A DNA stretch of 64,000 nt from Sminthopsis crassicaudata (lineage: Eukaryota), in contig NC_133618.1 in assembly GCF_048593235.1 (NCBI RefSeq), positions 453,820,947 to 453,884,946 of the forward strand, read 5' to 3'. Made by a program: the position numbers and the translations under genes. Positions 1 to 10,200 of the stretch are shown in pieces. The notes under the pieces were generated by a model. That model worked only from the letters and a program-made list of their open reading frames with translations, was not told where the DNA came from and made no database searches. Each line of letters begins with the position of its first letter. The stretch's first letter is position 1.

Positions 1-1740
1 CCTCCCTGACGTCTCTCAATCGGGAGAGATTGTCCATAATTTCAAGGAAGTTATAGATTCTGCTCTAGCAGATCTGACTTGAAGGAAACCCGCCTTGAGA
101 ACCAGACAGGGAATGGTTCACGGACGGGTCTAGCTTTCATAAGGATGGGGAGAGAAAGGCGGGTTATGCAGTGGTATCCCTTTATAACAGCCTGGAAGCC
201 AAGTCATTGGCCCCTGGCACCTCAGCACAGAAATCCAAACTCATAGCATTAACCAGGGCTTTAGAACTGAGGAAGGGGATGAGAGTCAATATTTACACTG
301 ATTCCAAATATGCTTTTCATGTTTTGCATGCTCATGGAGCTATTTGGAAAGAAAGGGGCTTGTTAACAGCAAGGAATTCTCCCATTAAACACCCGGGAGA
401 AATTCTACATCTATTACAAGCTGTCCACGAACCCAAGGAGGTCTCGGTTATATTTTGCAGAGGACACCAGAAGGGAGAGTCACTTCAGGCTAAGGGAAAT
501 AGGCTGGCAGATGCAATTGTGAAAACGGCTAAATTCACGCCACTATTGACACCTTTAATCCCCCGCTGGCTGAGTCTTTTACTCCTTCCTATAGCACACA
601 GGAGAAAGCTCTTGCAGAAGAAAAGGGGTACATCCTTTCTCCCTCTGGTTGGTTTCAAACATCCTCAGGCCACCTTAGTCCCAGAGGCAAATCAGTGGAA
701 ACTGATCTCTGGTCTGCACCAGGCCATGACTCTGGGGAGGAATGCCCTCCACTCCTTGGTAGGACATGTTTTCACTGGCCATAAGCTGGGGGAAACGATC
801 AGGCAGGTCTGCCAGGCCTGCCCAATTTGTGCCCAGGTGAGTCCTGAGGGAGCTGTTAGGCCCCCACCTCTCCTGAAGCCAATTCAGAGGAGAGGCACTT
901 ACCCTGGCAAGGACTGGCAACTAGATTTCATGCATATGCCCCCCTGCAGAGTTTTCAAGTTGCTTCTGGTGTTTGTCAACACATTTACTAACTGGGTAGA
1001 AGCTTTTCCCTGCAGGACTGAGAAGGCCCATGAGGTATCTAAATGCCTGTTGAACAAGATCACACCTGGCTTGCCCAACTCTTTACAGAGCCATAACAGG
1101 CTGGCCTTTATCTCTCAGGTGACTCAAATTGTAGCCAAAGCCCTTAAAATCACTTATCATCTCCACTCAGCCTGGTGTCCTCAGGCCTCGGGGAAGGTAG
1201 AGAAAATGAACCACACCCTCAAGGGAGTCCTCAGTGAATTATGGCTGGAGACTCAGGAGGACTGGATAAAAAATCTCCCATTAGGACTCTTTAGGATTAG
1301 AATCTCCCCTCAAGAGGCCATCAAGCTCAGTCCATTTGAGCTCTTGTATGGAAGGCCTTTTCTAACGACTGATATTCTTGTTGACCCAGAACATCTGGTC
1401 ACTCGATTTGTTACACAGGTAAAGTTCAGAAGGTCCTTTCTGAATATGCAAAGGAGCATCTCCCTAAACCCACAGATGCTCCCGCTCAGGTTAACTCCCC
1501 TGTAAATCCCGGGGATATGGTGTATTTAAAAAGCTGGAAGCCCCAAAGGGCTGATCCCCTAGGCATGAAGTAGAAAGGCCTATACAAGGCCATCTTAACC
1601 ACTCCAAATGCAGTTAAACTGGAAGGGTCCCCCAGCTGGACTCATATTTCTAGGATTAAAAATGCTGCTTCTGTTTCAGATATCCCAGTCTATTCCTTCG
1701 AGCCCATAGAGGACCTGAAGTTTTTCTTTTGAAAGATGCC
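1..1740 (+). pseudogene. pol: ERV pol remnant (RNase H + integrase), disabled
   Basis: WFTDGS...AGYAVV, YTDSKYAF and CRGHQKG (RNase H); CQACPIC, DWQLDF and GKVEKMN (integrase). After a frameshift near 1420 comes the C-terminal K*KGLYKAILTTPNAVKLEGSPSWTHISRIK, with a TAG at 1571-1573. Confidence 0.93.
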
Positions 1741-1794
1741 TGGAAAAACGCTGGAGAAAGAAGCCTCTCACACTAATCTCCTTTCTTCCTCATT

Positions 1795-2860
1795 ATGAGG
1801 ACCCTACTCCTGATACTTTCTCTCCAGCTTTCGGGGTCTTACTGTGTGGGCCCTCAGCAATGGGGTGACAACTTCCTGGTCAGACTCGGGAACTCTGTGC
1901 GTGGACTGGGGGTGTCCAGGACTGCTGGGTGTGCCATCACCACCCCCAGGGTGGGCCACAGATGCGGCCTAATGCATTCTTTGCAAAGGTTCCATTCCCA
2001 CAGGCCACCAGCTCCTCAGTAGATGTACTGGCCAACCCCCAGGGGAACTTCTCTGACCCAACTGTTCCCTGCTTTCTGGCTAGGAAGAGACAGTGGTTAT
2101 CATCATGCTCCCTAATGGCTATGTTCAAATTCCTGATGTGGGGATGTTGACCTGTACCACCAATACTGTGGGTGCCAGAGAGTGTGACTCCTCTCAAGCC
2201 TGCCGCAATTTCACCTTGGCAACTCAAACAAGCTGCATAGGTGGGACACAGGCCAGGTGCACCCCCCACCAAAGTTAACTGTAGGAAACTCATTCAGGGA
2301 TTATCCTAACAAGCTTATCCACAGTGCTTCTACAGCACCTTCCTTGAAACTTGTTCATAACCTCCTCAAAAGGAACATTCCAATTGGTAGGATGTTATGC
2401 GATCATAATCATCTGTGGGGACAAGCAACCAGGAGACTGCTACAAAATATAACTTCGGGGACCATCTGTGTACCTAAAGGGTATGCTTCCCTTTGCAAAG
2501 TAAGTCCTCCATTCCACCTTAATGTTTCTAAGGGGCCTGTTAGGAGAATGTCTCTGATTGAGACCCTCCCCTCTCCTCTGGGTAGCATTTCTGGATATGA
2601 TCTCTCTTAACCCCCATACTAACTCCACTTCTAATAATTATTTTTTTACTCATATTTGGTCCTTGCATTTTCAGACTGCTTGTGAGATTTGTTTCTTCTC
2701 GGCTTCGAGCTTCAAACTTTCAACTGCTTCTGCAGCCTGGAGACTCTGGGACAACTGAAGGGGACACACATCCTTTGGACACTGCTGCTGCTGTCTTCAT
2801 ATCCTGTGTTTCCCCTTCTGGCATGAAACCCCAAATGAACTAGGGACATCTCTACGACCC
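1795..2860 (+). pseudogene. env: ERV env remnant, multiply frameshifted and internally deleted
   Basis: Signal-peptide-like MRTLLLILSLQLSGSYC at 1795; CWVC (CxxC) at 1923-1934; ICVPKGYASLC; gamma-type membrane anchor LTPILTPLLIIIFLLIFGPCIFRLLVRFVSSRL from 2607. These segments lie in different reading frames. Confidence 0.85.
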
Positions 2861-2930
2861 TTGCCAGCTAGTAGAAGCTACAGAAGAGACCTTCACTCCT
2901 TTTCCCCAAATGATTTGTTTGTGAGTGTTT

Positions 2931-2940
2931 GAGGGGGGAA
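2931..2940 (+). other. Polypurine tract of the ERV
   Basis: GAGGGGGGAA immediately before the TG that opens the LTR. Confidence 0.85.
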
Positions 2941-3310
2941 TGAAATGGGAAAGCCCTTCTTTTAAAGAGATCAATCATCTTGAACTTTGCCTTCCTGTCC
3001 CACCCAGATTCCTAAATCCTATCTCACTCTAGAACCCAACCCCCATTGATGATAACTACTACTAATTAGACTTTTTATAGAGTTGAATTGAAACCTATTC
3101 AACTCTAAAACTCCCTATTGTTTCAATAGCCCCAAGCTCTGAATTCTAACCATAAAACTAAGTACCCTTGATGAACCTCTTCTCAAAAACTCCTAATCCC
3201 ATTGGGAGGTTTGTTTGCTAAGAGACTTGCTTTCTTAGTGATATTCAGAAATAAACTTTCCTATTTCTTTGCCACAGAGTGAATTCATACCGTAGCCTGG
3301 ATCCCCAACA
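2941..3310 (+). mobile_element. 3' LTR (~370 bp)
   Basis: Starts TGAAATGGG right after the PPT and ends CCCCAACA. TATA-like CATAAAA at 3151; AATAAA at 3250-3255. Confidence 0.85.
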
Positions 3311-4458
3311 ATAATACTTCTAATACCCACATGACATCAATGGAAGAGACATTAGAGATCATTTTGTCTAATCTTATTTCACCCAAGAGAAAAACAGGCC
3401 TCCAGAAGTGACCCACCAAGATCACACAGATCACATGTGGCAAAGCAAGGCAGACTCAATTCTTGTGATTGAATTAAGGTTCCTTCTACTCCTCTTCCAA
3501 TGCAGGGCCAGCACTCTACTGAAAAGCACTGTAGGTGTGTAAGCTGTTGTCATGACATTCTTCCCTCCCCAGATTTAGCCAAAATGGTGAAGAAAGGCTG
3601 AAGTTGATTCCCACAAAGAGTAACAAGAGTGTGTACCCAGGAAACCCATTACTTGCTCCAGTAAGCCAGGTCATTTTCTTGTCCTTACCTTCCAATATGT
3701 ACTTTCCTGCCTTCTAGCTTTTAATTATGGGGCTGAAGTGTCTTCTTCTCTCTTCTGTAGTTCCCACCTCTTCTTCAAGAATCAATTATAGTCTCCATTC
3801 CCTCCAGAAAACCTTCCTTAATTAACGTACTCCAGAGGGATTTTCCTTCCTGTCTGCCTCATACGTCTCAACTCTGTGTATGTCTTCCCTTAAAGCCTGG
3901 TATTTTTAATGGTCATTGCATGTATGTGTTTTCTATTTCCCAGCCAGACTATAATGTCCAATGCTCAGTAAGGTACCCACCAAGAGACAGAGTAGTTTGT
4001 GGATAGAGCAATCTGGTCTCAGCAGACCTTGGTTTGACCTCTGGTCACGATCAGAAACTATCTGGAGAATTATGGCCATTTTTGGAGGCCACATTTTCAA
4101 AATTGATATAAATTCAGAGGAAAGGGAGGGGAAATGAAATAAGGAGCTATGTCACAAGACTGTGGAAGAAACTGGGGATTTTTAGCCCAGAGAAGGGAGG
4201 ATATCAGGAGAATGTGGAAGAAGACATACATATTAACTTCCCAAATAAATTGTAATCCCCAATCCCCAGGCCCAGAGGTAGAGTATAATGAAGAAAGCTC
4301 TGACTCTGGAAATTGAGAATTTTTGGTTCAAATTCTACCTAATGCTAATTATTTATGACCTTGTAGAAGTCTGGTAATCTATATGGTTCTCAATTTCTTC
4401 AGTCTTAAAATTGGACTAAATGGTTTTTGAAATCCCTTTTGGTTCTCTATTATGCTAA

Positions 4459-4703
4459 GGGAAGCTAGATCCATGCTTTGTATAGAGTGCTGCACTTGGA
4501 GTCAGGAAGGCCTGAGTTCAAATCCAATCTCAGATACTTAATAGCTGTGTGACTCAGGTACAAATCACTTTATCTGTTTGCCTCAGTTTCCTCATTTGTA
4601 AAATGAGCTGGAGAAAGAAATGGCAAACAGTTCCAGCATCTTTGCCAAGAAAACCCTGAATGGGATCATGAAGAGTTGTACACAATTGAAATGACTGGAC
4701 AAC
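4459..4703 (+). mobile_element. MAR1-like CORE-SINE
   Basis: tRNA-like head, CORE (gcctcagtttcctcatttgtaaaatg) and RTE-type tail (gccaagaaaaccc...gactggacaac). Confidence 0.8.
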
Positions 4704-6480
4704 CAAGCTAACTTAGAAGAGAGCCAGCTGGCTAAATGTAAAGAATTCTGAACTTCAGAGAGCTCCAACATTGGTAGTGTCAGCCTTGGAACGCTTATTG
4801 TACGCTGTCTTTAGAGGAGTTCAGGCAGAATCCGTTTGAACACTGGCCCAGGGAGGTGGAGGACAGGTTCTAGTTGGGAGTGGAAGTCATTCTCTAGAGT
4901 TGGAAGGACTTTCTGAAGTCCCTGTTAATTATAACATTGCATGACTACCATGACTGTGGTAAATCACTTGCACTTTCTGGGCTTCAGTTTTCTCTTCTGT
5001 ACAAAGAGAATCATAATCCCAGCTCAGCTTTCCTCCCTCACACTCTGGGGAAGAGTCCTATAAGAGAAGTATGGGAAAGCACTTTGGAACCATAACAAGT
5101 TGTACATAGGAACAATTCTTGGTATTATTGCTATATCCTGGCCATAACAAGTGACCATCTATTAAGTACCTTTTATGTGCCAGCACTATGCTAAGTGTCG
5201 GAAAGGAAAAGAAAAAGATGGCTCATGCTATAGAGGAACTCACACTTTAGTGGGAGAAATAACATAACTTTATGTTCAAACAAGCTACATAAAGGACTGA
5301 AGCATTAGGAAAAGGGGAATAGAGAAAGGAGAGACTTTGTACAAGGTGGGGTTTTGTCTGGGACTTAAAGTCCCAGGGAAGTCAGGAGTTAAGGGCTCTT
5401 TCCTAGGGAGGTAACAATTCAGTGACAAAAACAGCCCAGCCAGCTCAGGAGAGTGTCCCCTTCCCGGAAGACAGGCCATACCCCAGTTCTTTTAAAGTTG
5501 ACTTTCTGAGGCTGCAGCACAGGGACAGGGCACGCTGCCTGTATTGCACAGAAGGGGAGCTTCCCGCTGCTCTGGTTTCCTTAACAACTGCGGGTGTGTG
5601 GAAATGTGTTCTACACCTCTTCACCCCACTCCTCACCCGAGCCAACCTCCCTGAGCTGGCAGGGTTTCATAAGGAGGGGAGATGTAGCCCTAAATCAGTT
5701 ATCTCCACCCCAACCCCTCCTTCCTCACCCTGGCTGAGAAGACTCCTGTGTCTCATTTATGTGTTCCATTACCCAATCCTGGCTCATCCTGTCAGGCTAA
5801 GCTAGCCTTGTTTGTGACTGCTCCACAGCAAGCTCCATTAGCAAGCTCATACACATTCACACAGGGCCTGGAAATATACTTGAAAGCACTCATAATTAGA
5901 GGCAGCTCAGTGTTGTAGAAAAGACATGTGGATTTAAATCCCAGTTCTACTTTTTATTGTATGAGCATGGTAAAAATTTTTAAACTTTCTTAGCTTCAGT
6001 TTCCCCATCTGTAAAATGAGGCAGTTAGACTAGAAGGTCTCTAACATCCCTTCTAGCTTAGAATATGTATATGTACCTGTGACATATATGACATATATTG
6101 TGTGTCCATAAACTCAGAGAATCAAATGGACACAGGGCCATGCTATTTGAGCTTGAAAAGAACTTTTAGAAAATTGTAAGTGTTCCTTGAATTATATCTA
6201 ATCCAGTCTCTTCACTCTGTCAATGACAGAACTAAGGATTAGAGAAGTGGCTTGACAAAGACCATCCAAGGAACCTAGTGGATGGATTAGAATCCAGTTC
6301 TTCTGGCTTCCATCTAGTATGTACTGAGGGGTGGGTGATATGGCAGACATAGTGCTGTGTTATACTACAAAAGGCAATTAACCTCTTGAAGCCTCTTTTC
6401 CTCCGTACAAAACAAGAATCATAATAACACCTACTTGTCACAATTGTTGTGAGAATTAAATAATGCATATCACTAACCAG

Positions 6481-6722
6481 GGGCAGCTAGGTGGCTCAGC
6501 AGATAAAAGATTGGGCCTGGAGTCAGAAAGACCAGAATTCAAATGGCCTCAGATACTTACTGGTTGTGTGAGCCTGGCCAAGTCATTTAACTTTTTGCCT
6601 CAGTTTCCTCATCTGTAAAATGAACTGGAGAAGTAAATGGCAAACTACTCAAGTATCTTTGCCAAGAAAACTTCAAATGGGGTCATGAAGAGTTGGACAT
6701 AATAGAAATGACTGAACAACAA
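6481..6722 (+). mobile_element. MAR1-like CORE-SINE
   Basis: gggcagctaggtggc head, CORE, and tail ending gactgaacaac. Confidence 0.85.
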
Positions 6723-7845
6723 AAACAGCATATTTAATATAAAAGGTCTTACAAACCTTAAAGTATTATATAAATGTAATTTGTTACTCCTCTTCCTCCT
6801 TCCACTCTACTGTGCAGCCTCTTCCACATACACATAAAAACATTTTTACATAAATTAACATGCATGGGCACCTATACACAAGGATAATGAATAGTTATAT
6901 ACACAGGACACAAATATAGACATACATATGTTTTTGTGTATTGACATACCTCAAAGCACATAAATGCACACATACAATGAATTGATTACACTCGAATACA
7001 CACATGCTTCACTGAAACAGCTTTAAACAGAGATAATGATGAGGACATTTATTAGATTATTATATTATTACAAGCTAAATATTATATTTAATATGAGTCC
7101 CTTGCCCTGTGTTGGAAATTGTGGGAAGGGGGATGACAAATTAAAGAATAAATCAGGCCCCAGTTTGGTGGGAGCTGCCAGTGTAATAGGTAAGCCAGGT
7201 CAGGCTGTACAGCCCCTTGGGTTTTTCTAAGCCAAGAAGGGATGGGAATGGAAAAGTCCTGAAAGGCTTTGCCCTAGTCTGAGGAGACTCCTCATAAAAC
7301 ATGACTTTTTGAAGGTACCACGGGGAAAATGAGCCGAGTAGATAGAAAAGAGTATCAGGTTGAAAAGGGATAATGGGGTGATCCATGCCCTCTGATTCAC
7401 TTCATTGTCCCTCAGGTCCAGGCCTTCTTTGGGGGGCAAGGTCCTTTGAGAAGCCAGTTCCAGGGAGCTGCACTTGAGAGAGACTGCACTATCAGTCTGG
7501 ACACCTGGATTGGAGTACTGGCTCTGCCAATTTCTCCCTGTGTGAACTTGGCCACTTACCCTCTTTGGGAGTGCTTCCTCACCTGTAAAGTATAGATAAT
7601 TAATCCCTGGTGGAAGTTTTACGGTCTATAGAAATGTTAATTACTTTTGGCAGAAGTAGTATAGAATCTCGGTTTGATTGATCTGTATGCCAAATAGTGT
7701 TAGGGCTGGAGATGGGATGAGGAGAAGCATAGGAATAATTCCTTTGTCAACACAGGCCCTACATCCAATCGTCTCAGGAATTAAGTCACACAGGACTCCA
7801 GAATATAGCAGAATTCCCATTTTGGATTTCGTGGAACTGAAGCCT

Positions 7846-7886
7846 GATCAGATAAGAGTCAGATAAGATCAGATAATGAGTCAGCA
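7846..7886 (+). promoter_or_regulatory. Cluster of three AGATAA (GATA) sites plus ATGAGTCAGCA (NF-E2/MAF/NRF2-type)
   Basis: AGATAA at 7850, 7861 and 7871; ATGAGTCAGCA at 7876-7886. Motif match only. Confidence 0.4.
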
Positions 7887-8506
7887 ATGGGAGTGCAAAA
7901 AAGATCCAGACATCCTGGATCTCAGTTTCAACTGCTGCCTCTCCTCCCCTTTCAAATGTAGCTGGGGAAGAGACTCAGTGGGCTGAGATCTTTCCCAGTT
8001 AGGTGGGGGTAAGTTATAAAATAAGTAGGATTAAACTCCTAGGAGCTGGCAAAGGGGGGGTGTCACGGCAGCATCCTTAGTGCCCCCTCCCCTGGGTTAG
8101 GCTAAGATTCTGTCCCACCTGATGATTTTCAGGATCTCATCTTAAAATGTTTCCAGTCCATCCCTAAGGGATAGCCATTCCTTCCTCCCCTTTGCCAGCC
8201 CTCCCCTGGAGCACTCTCAGTGCTTCCCGCTTCTCTGGGCCCCAACTCCCTGGGATCAGCCTCACGCCTCCTCACCTCGGTGCTCCCTGGGGATCGGGTG
8301 GTAAGATATTTATTCCCCAGCAGTTCCAGGTACTCCGTGCCCCAGATCTTCCCCCTTTTCCAGTCCTCCCCACCTGGCCTCCTTCAACTACAATGGGGCG
8401 GGAGAAGAGGGGAGAGACTTCGCATCTCAAGTCTGGGGTGCTAGGGTAGGGAGGGAAGGAGGCCAGAGGCCCGCGAGGGGTGAACGTCTCAGCCTCCCAA
8501 TCTTAC

Positions 8507-8920
8507 CTGGCCCTTCTGTTTGCGGCCCCCGAGGTTCTGCCCCCCAGGGGCCGCATCCTTCTGGCAGGCGCCCTGCATGCTTCCCTTCCCTCTCGGGAGG
8601 GCTTCCCGGAGGAGGTGGCGGCAAAACCAAAGGAGGGAGAGGCTGGCCCGGCTGGGCAGGCAGGAGCAAGAGCAGCCGAGGACGGGAGGAGAATCGCCGA
8701 GGGGAGCAGCGAGTGGCAGCCGGGCTCCGGGGGCAGCGGGATGCGCGGCGTGACAATGCCTGCGGAGGCGGGGCGCAAAGATAAACTGAGATCTCCAGAC
8801 TCCGGCCCAGAGGAGAAGCGGGAGCAGCGAGGGACCGTTCCTCTCCCCCCTCATCCCCTCGCTCCCCCCCCCTCCATCCCAGTCTCAGCCGCGCCCGTCC
8901 TCCCCCAGTTTCAGTTTCCG
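8507..8920 (-). other. Probable first exon of an unidentified minus-strand gene (5' end approximate)
   Basis: Strong donor CAG|GTAAGA with the exon ending at 8507, inside the CpG island. ATG at 8578 (A at -3) gives MQGACQKDAAPGGQNLGGRKQKGQ in phase 0; there is an in-frame upstream ATG at 8854. Coding status is not established. Confidence 0.55.
8907..8919. promoter_or_regulatory. Interferon-stimulated response element (ISRE/EIRE-like)
   Basis: AGTTTCAGTTTCC is an exact match to AGTTTCNNTTTCC (GGAAACTGAAACT on the minus strand). Confidence 0.55.
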
Positions 8921-8969
8921 CCTCGGGTTACTCTGGGCACAACCTTCGAGCAGCTGTCCGGGCGTCCCC

Positions 8970-9005
8970 GGGGATCGGGCGGGGCCCGGCCGGGCGGGCG
9001 GGGGG
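8970..9005 (+). other. Potential G-quadruplex
   Basis: Six G-tracts of 3 or more G with short loops. Confidence 0.55.
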
Positions 9006-9084
9006 CGAGGAGTGCTGCTCTCTCCCGTGTAGCTGGCTGGGCTCGGCCTTCTAAGTCTGCGAAGACCCGGAGGTGGCGGTGACA

Positions 9085-9310
9085 GTGGAGCAGGAGGGGA
9101 GGGGTGGGCAGAGGGAGAGGGGGATGGAGCGGGGGCACTACAGGCATGGGGAAGGAAAAGGAAGGAAGGGAGAAGAAGAGAAGGAAAAGAGAGGGCCCCA
9201 GAGGGGAGAGGGGAAAAGAGTGGAAGAAGAGAGGTTGTACAGAGAGGAAAGGACGTGATGATGGTGGCGGTGGGGGGCAGCGGAGGAAGGTGGTGAGAGA
9301 TGGAGGAGAG
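9085..9310 (+). repeat. Purine-rich (GA) low-complexity tract
   Basis: Near-continuous G/A sequence at the edge of the CpG island. Confidence 0.7.
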
Positions 9311-9351
9311 TATGATATGATATGTAAAACTTTGGAGCAGGCCCCCTGCAT

Positions 9352-9713
9352 CAGGGCTTCTTAAACTTTTTCCGCTTGTAAAACCCCCTTCCCCTCAAAT
9401 TTGTACCCTACCCGGGGTATATAGGTTTGTAAAATAGGTACACACAACAAACATTTCCTAATAATAAATCATAAAGAAATTGAAAACAATTCTTTGGCAT
9501 ACATATAATTTTACCATTTATTAAAGAAGAAAGCAAATTTGAATACTAATGAGATAGATGTGCTTGTTTATTTTTACATAAAGAATTAAATCTTGGGAGA
9601 ATATTTGACACAGCAGGATACAGAATGTTCAAAACCCTTTACTGTTGCCCAACTTTTAGTGATTCCCGCATTCAGTTACCTGATCCCAAACAGGGTCAGT
9701 TTAAGAAGCTTTG
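9352..9713. mobile_element. Non-autonomous hAT (Charlie-like) DNA transposon
   Basis: TIRs cagggcttcttaaact / agtttaagaagctttg (14/16 match); degenerate 8-bp TSD ccctgcat / ctctggat. Confidence 0.75.
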
Positions 9714-10200
9714 CTCTGGATCATTTGAGCAGATCTTTCCAGGAACCTTTTTCCTGTCTTTCCATCCTGCAATAAGCAGGACTGACTAAGGAAAGGATCC
9801 ACCCTAGGCCCAGTGGACACTAGGAATAACACACCACCCTAATAAGGGTTGTGGAGACAATTTCTGAACTATTCTCTAGTCTCATCACCAGCCTCTAATC
9901 TGACTGAATTCCAAGAATCTTTGGATATCCCCCCCCCCCAATATCCCCATTAAAGTTCAAAGACTTCAGATTCTCATTCGAAGTGTGAGCTTCGGAGACC
10001 CTGAATGTTCTCTCAGGGCAAACAGTTCTTCACAGGCCTAGGATTTGAACAGATCTGGAGCCAGGAAGTTCTAAGTTCAAACACAGCATCAGATAGTTAT
10101 TCGTTATATGATTCTAGATAAATCACTTTAACTTCTGTTTGCTTTAGTTGCCTTATCTGTAAAATAGGGGCAATAATTGCCTCTATCTCCCAGAGTTCTT

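Larger units (their letters stand above)
1..3310 (+). mobile_element. 3' half of a class I (gammaretrovirus-like) endogenous retrovirus: pol-env-PPT-LTR
   Basis: Colinear RNase H, integrase, env remnants, PPT and a TG...CA LTR. Integrase motifs (RGxYPGxDWQLDF, WVEAFPCRTEKA) are typical of class I ERVs. Confidence 0.95.
8400..9130. promoter_or_regulatory. CpG island / promoter
   Basis: The only strongly GC- and CpG-rich stretch in the window; several Sp1-type GGGCGG boxes at 8977-9005. Confidence 0.85.

Noticed and set aside
1571-1573. TGG->TAG in integrase as APOBEC-type hypermutation
   Set aside because: A single G>A change is not evidence; it would need a family consensus and context statistics.
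7887-7897. ATGGGAGTGCA, matching the first bases of FKBP1A
   Set aside because: Similarity ends after 11 nt, it is on the wrong strand, and there is no donor.
8480-9082. 200-aa plus-strand ORF and other overlapping CpG-island ORFs
   Set aside because: Non-ATG starts, low complexity, and stop-poor GC-rich DNA produces such ORFs in most frames.
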